From Guillardia theta CCMP2712 (lineage: Eukaryota; Protista; Cryptophyta), in the NCBI RefSeq assembly GCF_000315625.1, contig NW_005434668.1, positions 242,938 to 306,937 of the forward strand: DNA of 64,000 bases, read 5' to 3'. The notes under the pieces are model-generated. The model saw only the letters and a list, made by a program, of their open reading frames with translations, did not search any database and had not been told where the DNA came from. Position numbers and translations under genes: made by a program. The number at the start of each line of letters is the position of its first letter. The stretch's first letter is position 1. Positions 25,062-34,900 of this stretch are shown piece after piece.

Positions 25062-28000
25062 TGCGAGATCTATCGAATCAACTATCAAGAGCACCTCTTA
25101 CATCGGCTCTCCTCCTCCCTCATCTCCTACTCTAGCTCCCCCCTCCCGATATCCCGCCATCTCAAAAAATTTATCTGCGTACCAGCCTGCCCCAGCGAGC
25201 CCGGCCCGGGGCCCGGCGGGGCCCGGGCGGCCGGGCGGGGGCGGCCGCCGGCCTGCCAGAGTAAACTTGAATGAATACAGAGTGATTGACGGAATACAAG
25301 TTTGTTAGACTTGTACTAGTCCAAAGTCACGCAGATATCACATCGACCTTAGTTGTGACAAGACAGTTTTTGCTCAAGACCGAGTTTAATGCACACAAAA
25401 CCAGAATTGAGGAGCACATGAGAGATAGACTGTATGCTAGGATGTGAAACCCAAGCATCCAGACATGAGAGGACCTTAGCAAGACGGCTAGGAAAGTCCC
25501 CTCTTCATCCTGTACTACATGCCGCCGCCCTGCCACGTAAGTCGTCTTGGTTTACAGGAGAGTTTTTGTTAACTCGGCGCTATCTGACTGGCACGGCTGG
25601 CATACGTTCCATCCTCCCCCCGAGTTTCTGAAATAGTACGTTACATCGGACGTCAGAAAGTCACGCAAACAAGAATGTCAGCAGATCCAAGTCAAGATAC
25701 GACGATACAACGTCAAGTTCACAGTCATGCTGAGTGGGCAATAACCATTCCATTGGGTTCTCGACTGGATTTGTTTGTACCAGGCTAGCCTGTTTGTACC
25801 GAGGTATAATTGAGTTTTACCGGGTTCAAGGATTTTTGTATCAGGATCCCCTTTTCCCCTCCGTACTAAGTTTGTACTGTCAATGTCAGCAATTCCCGTG
25901 GGCTGGCAGAGCTCCCTCGACTATCACCTCTACACCACCCGTATGTTTCAGAAGAGATGAAGTCAGGGTAGGTAGTCTGAATTCAGGAGTGGGCGAGAAT
26001 CATAAAAGTCTTGGGCATTCTGGTAGTGGAATTGACGCTGAAAAGCAATCTCTTCGATTGCCGTTAGGATTCGAACGCGTGGTCAAACAGCACCCACCTG
26101 AGCTAGAGTCTTATACTCGAGGGGGGTGGCCGCGATGTGGGTTTGAATCGCCACGCCTTTGACCCCATTATTTCCACTCCAAACCTCCTTGTCGCGTAGG
26201 GTGGGTCACACTCTCGAGCGTTGCGAGTTTTACGGTTCGAATTTGACCAAGGTTCACCCTCTACCCCCCAGTCTCTGAATTTCAAATGGGAAAATGATGG
26301 GTAGGGGGTCCCCCCATTTGTCTCCACTCCAGCCCCCCCCTCCCTCGACGAACAAGAGATGGTGAGATTGTCCCATTGACGCGCGTAAGGACGATAATGA
26401 ACAATGTGAGACTTCGAATCCAACCATGCATTGATATGCAGGAAACGAAGATACGGTTACTTGTCTATTTGTGATGACTTGGTCTCTTCTGTGAAATTCA
26501 TTGTCTCTTCTGTGAAATTCAAGAAGTAGCAAGAGATTTGAACTCAACATCTCTTCCTCAACATAAAGCCAATGCAACATCTCTATCATTACCACGCTGC
26601 CTCAAATTGCACTAAAACCACTTAGATCACTTAGCTTAGGCCGAAGATGATGTCAAAGCTGAGCAAAAAATTCAAATTCTTGCACAATGACGATTCATTC
26701 AAAATGTTCAAGTGTAATTTCAGAATGGACAGAAGATGGCATAGCAACAGCCGATCTCAGCATGTATTTTGAAACTGTGATGGTAAGCAAAAACATCATA
26801 CGAAATAGTGTCTACCTTGTGTTTCTCTCTGTCTCATGGTCTACGGTATCCTTCGTGGCACAAACCCATGTGGCCAGTGAGTTGCATCGGGAACACTGTA
26901 GATGTGCTGATTGGACAATGGCAGGTACATGATATGGTTGGCGATATTCAGAGTTTTAAGAAGATAATCGTTTGTATCAGATGCTTGCTTCAGACGTGTC
27001 GATATGAGATTCCTTTCTACGCTGATAATCACGGCAGTGAATCGTATCATCGTGTTACTGCGGCATTGCCGATGATGTTGATGAAGCATGTTTCATGACA
27101 ACCCGTGCAAATGCTTATTCTCTCTGCAAATCCTGTCTCGCAATTGCTCCAACCATGCAATTTCAGGAAAGTGTCTTGCACACTCCGAGATAGTATTGCA
27201 TGTTTGACATCTAGGCTGTGATACCAGGGATCAAGCGATATATAGAGTAGGCAGAGGCTGTATCAGTCATGCAAACTTGAATCTGCGTAACAACAGTTTC
27301 TGAAGATTGTTTATTTGTTTATTTGCCAACAAATAAAAGATTCTTCACCATGATGGTGATTACTGTGGTCCCTTGTATACAACAGCTCTGAAGCAGCACT
27401 GTCCTGGTAGTAGCGGCTCACAGAACACAAAGCACGCAAAGGACAGGAGGAACTTCGGGAGGATGTCACAGTAGACCGTATAACACTCTGAGATACACTT
27501 TTCAAAAGAAGGAGATGCAAACAAATAGAATGATGTTGCATGCAAATCGAAACAGAGGTGCCAGGATCCTAAATGAATCATGTTGGCAACAAGGTTTGAA
27601 TTTTCACCAAAGATAATTGAAACTCTACTGATCACAATAGGGATGACAATGAGGATGTGTAAACAATCACATCTGCTAAGCGTTGCTATTTGTTGCCAAG
27701 CAGAAACGCACTTGTGAACAACCTGGCATAGATCACCGTGATCTTCATGATAGCGGATTCAACAACCAGGAGTTAAAAGAACCCGTAAGCCCAGGGTGCT
27801 ATTTGTCCATCGAACTTCAATCGAACTCTGAAGTTGAGATAGGAAGGAACTTTGAATCTTCAAGATCAGGGGTTTATGTAAACTGGAAGGTGGCACATCT
27901 TGAAAGTCAATGTTTTCATTGGAGGACATATTATCTCCATTTCTTCTAGTCTCGATGCCTCTCAACGCAGCTGATTGTGGGCTTATGCGTGTTGCAACCC

Positions 28001-28121
28001 CAGGAAACAATCATCGTTGGCGCGACATGTGTGCCCGACCCATTGCGTCTGATTATAAAATGTAACCAATCTGATTTCACACATCCAAAATATTTGCTAA
28101 CACTTTGAAATTTGAAGGGAA

Positions 28122-28370
28122 TGTTTGTTTGTTTGTCCGTACTGTTCGTTTGTTTGTTTGTCCGTACTGTTCGTTTGTTTGTTTGTCCGTACTGTTCGTT
28201 TGTTTGTTTGTCCATACTGTTCGTTTGTTTGTTTGTCAGTACTGTTCGTTCGTTAGTTTGTCCGTACTGTTTGTTTGTTCGTTTGTCCGTACTGTTTGTT
28301 TGTTCGTTTGTCCGTACTGTTTGTTTGTTCGTTTGTCCGTACTGTTCGTTTGTTCGTTTGTCCGTTCTGT
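28122..28370 (+). repeat. 25-bp minisatellite, ~10 copies (GTCCGTACTGTTCGTTTGTTTGTTT)
   Basis: Unit starts at 28135, 28160, 28185 ... 28360, an exact 25-bp period. Confidence 0.95.
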
Positions 28371-28581
28371 ACATGACAACATGGCGGTCATGGAGATCTA
28401 CTGGTACACTCGTTGTGTAAGTAAGTGCGCTGGTCTGACTGTATGGTCTGAGCACTGCAGCTTGCGCATGCACATCAAGAGCATGGACGCTGAGTGGAAG
28501 CACAACTATGGGTAAACGGGTCAGTACAGAGATAAGATCAGAGATGTCATCGAAGAATGCAAGCTCGACGCTGAAGTAAAA

Positions 28582-28595
28582 TTGTTGTTGTTGGT

Positions 28596-28633
<38 letters not shown>

Positions 28634-28692
28634 ATCATGAGGATGAGGATGAGGATGAGGATGAGGATGAGGATGAGGATGAGGATGAGGAT
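28582..28692 (+). repeat. Adjacent microsatellites (TTG)n and (GATGAG)n
   Basis: Seen directly at 28582-28632 and 28636-28692. Confidence 0.95.
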
Positions 28693-28921
28693 GGTGGCGG
28701 GAAGCCTGGGGATGCTACCATTCGAACGGCATCTCAGCTATGCCCTGACCTTATCAAGCTCCCTGAGCGCGAAAGCGGGAGGCAAGGGCTGGCTGGTGGT
28801 GGAGGAGAAACATGCGATCTGGGACTTCCTCAAACGCCGCTGCCTCGATATCGATGCCCGCACGAGGATGACTGCACAGGAGGCTCTGAGGCATCCCTTC
28901 CTCGCTAGTGGTATCAAGTAA
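28693..28921 (+). pseudogene. Orphan protein-kinase C-terminal fragment (subdomain XI) inside the inner element
   Basis: WDFLKRRCLDIDARTRMTAQEALRHPFL* with no upstream catalytic motifs. Confidence 0.65.
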
Positions 28922-30784
28922 ACCGCCTCTACCCGAAGCTTTCTCCTTCCTCGCCTCTCCTCCAAGCCCTCCTCCCTTCCTCGCTAGTGGTCTTGAGTGA
29001 ACCGTCTCTCCTCTGGCATCTCCCAGTCTCTCGCGATCAGCATATCAATAATTCCCAGGCTTCGCTTTTCCTTCCAACCCCTCCTATCCCCTCTCCTTCC
29101 CCCCTCCCCCCTCCCCTCATCTCTCCTCCCCCAGCCTCTCAAACTCCAATGACATGTTACAACCGCCATGCCACTGGCTGTTGAGAGCATTTCACAAGAC
29201 TCAAACTGTTGTGGAATGCGTTGGGAGAAGCCTCAAAAAACGCAATCATGGCAAAGCACCAGCAAGTCTCTTGAAATATGTTTCATATACAACCGACGAA
29301 GCATTCTGGTACAGGAAGCTAGGCCGTCATCGCAATAAGGAGAATCGCATTTCCTTTATGTCTTCGAAGGTTGCCTCTCTCATCGATTCCTTTCATGTTT
29401 CCCTTCTGAAAGTGTGAAAACAGCTGATCAGGGCTTTGGAACATCAGAATTGAGGTGTTTCAGTGCAAGTATGACAAGGAAAGTCACACAATTATTGGAT
29501 AGCGTGAGCATGCAAATTTGAATGCGTACCTTACAAGTCAATGCACAGTTACAACTATGCTCACAATGCTTCAAAGCATATTTGCATTTACACGCAACTC
29601 AACGAACTGAGATTCAAATATTTCCTTTCCACAAAATTCTTATTGCAACATGATATGCATCATCCTCAAAACACTCTGCTTAAAGGAAATGCAGTCGTTT
29701 TCCCACATGATACATTCAAATCTGGTCAAATTTGGCATCAAAAGATGTTCTTGTCATCACAATGATGTATTTATCTCACAACATGGTGCCCACAGGGCGC
29801 GATCTGCTTGAACGTGAGTCTCCCAAACTGACACCGTGTACAACATTGGTACATTCTGTACAACGTTTAAATTCTAGAAATGGCACGGTGCTGGCAGGAT
29901 CCCACAATTTGAAATGGCGTGGTTTGACAGAAGTAAAACATTTCAAGGAAAATTTTCACTTTGAAATCCAAAACCTATTCATTAAGAAAAATCCAGGTAG
30001 AAAAAGACCCCGCCGAGACGGAATAAAATCCAGTTGAGAACCCAATGGAATGCATTCAAGGATTGTCCATTCTGAAGAAGATTTTCATGCAGGGCTATTA
30101 GATGTGCAGTAAAGAGATAAGGGAGATGCATAGCGAGCGGGTGCAATGAAGAGAGATAGAGTATAGGATAAGAGAGTCTGAAGAGAGAGAAGATAAGAGA
30201 GATAGAGAGAGAGAGAGAGAGAGCGTGCCCGCCGGCATTTGAAGACCAAAAGATAAATGTTTTGAACCGTAAAGAACTTGTGACCAGAGATTGCTGCCGC
30301 GAGATTGGAACATCCGTTTCAAGGCATCTGAAGATTGTTGTGCAGTAGTACCTTGTTCGCCGATCCAGAAGTAGCTCCAGTTATGCATGCCACAGCCTAG
30401 CTCCATGACATGAAACTTCCGCCAGATCTCCTGGTAGTTCCATTTGATCCTACTCAAAGATCAAGAAGATTAAAATCGAATCAGCTTCAAGTGCGTTTCC
30501 ACACGGTTAAGCAGATATTCGACCGACCAATCTGGCTGGGGAAGGCTTGTTTTTCCAATTCGAAGATCAATCAAACAAATTGAGGCTGAGATGAGAGGCC
30601 TAAACAACTTGCGGCTAGAGAGAGAGCCTGATTGAAGAGAGGAGTCATCCGAATTTGTAAGGCTTGAATTGCATGAATTTTCGACAGTAACGAAACGATG
30701 CCAAGAAAGAAAAAACTCCAGTAAACAATTCAACTAACCAAATATAAGATCAACATGATTGAGCATGTAATCGGGGCCCATAAC

Positions 30785-31372
30785 CGACGGAATACTAGTT
30801 TGTTAGACTTGTACTAGTCCAAAGTCACGCAGACGTCACATAATCATCTAATAGCCCTGCATGAAATTCTTCTTCAGAATGGACAATCCTTGAATGGTTA
30901 TTGCCCACTCAGCATGACTGTGAACTTGACGTTGTATCATCGTATCTTGACTTGGAACTCTGCTGACATTCTCTTCAAGCTTGTTTGTGTGACTTTCTGA
31001 CGTCCGATGTAACGTACTATTTCAGAAACTCGGGGGGAGGATGGAACGTATGCCAGCCGTGCCAGTCAGATAGCGCCGAGTTAACAAAAACTCTCCTGTA
31101 AACCAAGACGACTTACGTGTTTGGCAAGGCGGACGATGTAGCGTGTGGGACGAAGAGGGGGGCTTTCCTAGCCGTCTTGCTAAGGTCCTCTCATGTCTGG
31201 ATGCTTGGGTTTCACATCCCTGCATACAGTCTATCTCTCATGTGCTCCTCAACTCTGGTTTTGTGTACATTAAACTCGGTCTTGAGCAAAAACTGTCGTG
31301 TTACAACTAAGGTCGATGTGACGTCTGCGTGACTTTGGACTAGTACAAGTCTAACAAACTTGTATTCCGTCA
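30785..31372. mobile_element. 588-bp MITE-like unit with 57-bp TIRs (forms the right arm)
   Basis: 30785-30841 versus 31316-31372 are inverted, 55/57 identical; no credible ORF; no TSD of its own (flanks ATAAC / GTGAT). Confidence 0.8.
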
Positions 31373-31790
31373 GTGATCCGAATACCTGAGTGAATACAGT
31401 GATCCACGTGTTTTCTACTCAAAGCCTTTACTCAAAGTTAAGTTAAAGCTCGCAGTGCAATACGCACTGGCCCGCGGGGCCGGGCCGCCGAAACAAGGGC
31501 TCCGAGCCTGCCAGTGAGTTGCCAAACCCGGGCGGCAGCAAGACGTCACAGACGGTGATTCGACTTGCAAACGCATCCAGTCCAGGATCTTTCGTCAGCC
31601 GAGTAAAGAAGAGGGGGCCCTGTCAGGGCCAGAGGCTGCAGCCGGGGCCCCCGGCGGGGCCGCCCGGCCGGCCCCGGCCCTGAGAGTATGATTCTCCGGC
31701 CACAGGATCGCGGCTGTGATCTCCGGGATCCGGCACGATCAGTGGATCAAGTTTATCGTCTGTTGTGGGGGTCAACTTGAGTAAAGCTTA
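31373..31790. promoter_or_regulatory. GC-rich island (other half at 25185-25286, split by the transposon); 17-mer at 31427-31443
   Basis: CCTTTACTCAAAGTTAAGTTAAA plus partial copies TACTCAAAG (31416) and TTGAGTAAAG (31777); GTGAGTTGCCAA shared with the island at ~1402. Confidence 0.5.
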
Positions 31791-31935
31791 CTAGTAGTAT
31801 GCTTGTATGGTAGGTCCTGATAGCAAAGCCGCTAGCGATATGGTGACAGGGGATCGAAAGGAATTCAGATCACCGGGGGATGCACAAATCGGTCATCTTG
31901 ATGTACGATGACGTTCTCCAGCGCTTCGACTAGAC

Positions 31936-34900
31936 ATGAGAAGGCTTAAGATGAACAAACGCTTTTGTTGTCTGGCATGTTTGATGATGGCAGCCTACAG
32001 GACAGTAGCTGGCGAATTTTCGATCAAAACAATTTCACAATCCAATCCTTTGATCGGAGCATATAACACAATCACTGTCACTCTGCAAACAACAATCAAT
32101 CTGTCATATACAGACAACTCCGTATTGACTATATCTGGATTTCAGAACGCAACTGTTTCGAATCCGGCTGATCTCACAGCACTGGACGCAAATGCTGTAA
32201 ATCTTTTTTCGAATGGCACAACACCAAATACAGGACTATGGAGCAATGGTAACCTTATCCTAAACTTGTATGATGGGAAGACACTTGTAAATGGAGACAC
32301 TTATTCTTTTTCTTTTGTATTACAAAATCCTACAAAACCTCAGGACGCAACCTCAATACACATCTCATCAAGCGGAAACGTGAGCATTCCTGCCAGTCAA
32401 ATGACATCGGACAATTCAACAGCTCTTGGTGTATCATCCGGTGCTTCTCCCTTACTAGTAGTGCAACCAACATTTGAGTTCACTTATGTACAGCAAAAAT
32501 ATTCTCTGCCAGACATTGAAAACACCATAACGTTGACGGTACAAAGTAATGTGGATTTCATCCAGGGAACTATCATATCTTTGACGGGCTTCAAGAACTT
32601 TCAGACTCAGACAGGAAACATAACTTACTCCAGCAACTTCAACATATATGCCGACACAGCGATTTGGAATTTGACAAGCCAAAGCTTCCAATTCAAAATC
32701 CAAGGTCAAACTACCTCATACACAAACTACTACATAAGTTTCAATTTACAGAGTCCGAGCTCTTCACAGTTGGCAAATGACATCCAAATTCAAGCCGAGA
32801 TTCCGAATAGAAACAACCCGATCTACACCACAACACAAACGCTCAGCCCCAGCAACGCAAGCTCCTTGGGAGTTCAGGACGGACAAAAGCCAGGATACAT
32901 AGTAACCCCTATATTCGCAACAAGGTCTATCCAGCAGACCACGCCGGTGACCGGGGCGACAAACACGCTGACGGTGACGCTGGCAGCAAACTACGACCTG
33001 GCCGCAGGCTCCACCGTGACGATCCTCGGGCTCACGGGGTCGCAGACGGGCGACAGCAGCAGCCTGGCGGTGAGCTCTACGAGCGGAGTGCTGGGGACGA
33101 GCGGGGCGTGGGTACAGGCGAGCGGGACTCTGGTGCTTACCAGCTCGGGGGGAGGCATGGTGTCGGGAGCGTCGTACGAGGTGACGTTCAACCTCACCAA
33201 CCCCTCGTCAAGCCAGTCGTCGCCGGGGGCGAACGTGAGCGGGGTCATCGAGTCCGGAGGGTCCGCGGTGGGGTCGATCAGCGGGGAGGTGATGGACACG
33301 AGGGGGTCTACCTCACTGTATGGGGTGTCGAGCGGGTACTTGCCGCTTGAGGTACTGCTGCCTAGCTTCAGCACGAGGTCTATCCAGCAGAGCACGCCGG
33401 TGACCGGGGCGACAAACACGCTGACGGTGACGCTGGCAGCACCAGGGTTATAATATTAACGCTAATAAATGACGATCCTCGGGCTCACGGGGTCGCAGAC
33501 GGGCGACAGCAGCAGCCTGGCGGTGAGCTCTACGAGCGGAGTGCTGGGGACGAGCGGGGCGTGGGTACAGGCGAGCGGGACTCTGGTGCTTACCAGCTCG
33601 GGGGGAGGCATGGTGTCGGGAGCGTCGTACGAGGTGACGTTCAACCTCACCAACCCCTCGTCAAGCCAGTCGTCGCCGGGGGCGAACGTGAGCGGGGTCA
33701 TCGAGTCCGGAGGGTCCGCGGTGGGGTCGATCAGCGGGGAGGTGATGGACACGAGGGGGTCTACCTCACTGTATGGGGTGTCGAGCGGGTACTTGCCGCT
33801 TGAGGTACTGCTGCCTAGCTTCAGCACGAGGTCTATCCAGCAGAGCACGCCGGTGACCGGGGCGACAAACACGCTGACGGTGATGCTGGCAGCAAACTAC
33901 GATCTGGCCGCAGGCTCCACCGTGACGATCCTCGGGCTCACGGGGTCGCAGACGGGCGACAGCAGCAGCCTGGCGGTGAGCTCTACGAGCGGAGTGCTGG
34001 GGACGAGCGGGGCGTGGGTACAGGCGAGCGGGACTCTGGTGCTTACCAGCTCGGGGGGAGGCATGGTGTCGGGAGCGTCGTACGAGGTGACGTTCAACCT
34101 CACCAACCCCTCGTCAAGCCAGTCGTCGCCGGGGGCGAACGTGAGCGGGGTCATCGAGTCCGGAGGGTCCGCGGTGGGGTCGATCAGCGGGGAGGTGATG
34201 GACACGAGGGGGTCTACCTCACTGTATGGGGTGTCGAGCGGGTACTTGCCGCTTGAGGTACTGCTGCCTAGCTTCAGCACGAGGTCTATCCAGCAGAGCA
34301 CTGCCATCTATAGTCACGTTTCCCACGCTGACGGTGACGTTGCAGCAAACTACGACCTGGCCGCAGGCTCCACCGTGACGATCCTCGGGCTCACGGGGTC
34401 GCAGACGGGCGACAGCAGCAGCCTGGCGGTGAGCTCTACGAGCGGAGTGCTGGGGACGAGCGGGGCGTGGGTACAGGCGAGCGGGACTCTGGTGCTTACC
34501 AGCTCGGGGGGAGGCATGGTGTCGGGAGCGTCGTACGAGGTGACGTTCAACCTCACCAACCCCTCGTCAAGCCAGTCGTCGCCGGGGGCGAACGTGAGCG
34601 GGGTCATCGAGTCCGGAGGGTCCGCGGTGGGGTCGATCAGCGGGGAGGTGATGGACACGAGGGGGTCTACCTCACTGTATGGGGTGTCGAGCGGGTACTT
34701 GCCGCTTGAGGTACTGCTGCCTAGCTTCAGCACGAGGTCTATCCAGCAGAGCACGCCGGTGACCGGGGCGACAAACACGCTGACGGTGACGCTGGCAGCA
34801 AACTACGATCTGGCCGCAGGCTCCACCGTGACGATCCTCGGGCTCACGGGGTCGCAGACGGGCGACAGCAGCAGCCTGGCGGTGAGCTCATCTTCGATTT

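Larger units (their letters stand above)
25746..30052. mobile_element. Inner 4.3-kb TIR element inserted into the left arm
   Basis: 27-bp TIRs CATTCCATTGGGTTCTCGACTGGATTT (25746-25772) and AAATCCAGTTGAGAACCCAATGGAATG (30026-30052), 26/27 match; removing the element restores AATAAC-CATTCAAGG as seen in the intact right arm. Confidence 0.8.
25287..31372. mobile_element. Composite/nested non-autonomous transposon: ~510-bp inverted arms, TG..CA termini, 5-bp target-site duplication GTGAT
   Basis: 25287 TGACGGAATACAAGTTTGTTAG... is the reverse complement of ...CTAACAAACTTGTATTCCGTCA 31372; similarity runs 25287-25750 plus 30053-30104 versus 30845-31372; GTGAT at 25282-25286 and 31373-31377. Confidence 0.85.

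Noticed and set aside
26400-27950. Intact transposase in the inner element
   Set aside because: Only short broken ORFs on both strands; no DDE or other catalytic motif that I could recognise.
28122-28370. 25-bp periodic array as a CRISPR
   Set aside because: Head-to-tail repeats with no unique spacers, no cas genes and a eukaryotic context.
27946-28638. 230-aa poly-Q/TNKQ ORF
   Set aside because: Produced by translating micro- and minisatellites.
25287-31372. LTR retrotransposon (TG..CA, 5-bp TSD)
   Set aside because: The terminal repeats are inverted, not direct, and no gag/RT/integrase ORF is visible.
25287-31372. Canonical DIRS element (ITRs + internal complementary region)
   Set aside because: The extra terminal copy at 30785-30841 is more simply the second TIR of a MITE, a TSD is present, and no RT/RNase H is seen; only a weak YR hint remains.
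33447-33498. Intron removing the in-frame stops in the repeat patch
   Set aside because: The nearest GT..AG is 52 nt, which would shift the frame, and it would remove conserved repeat coding sequence.
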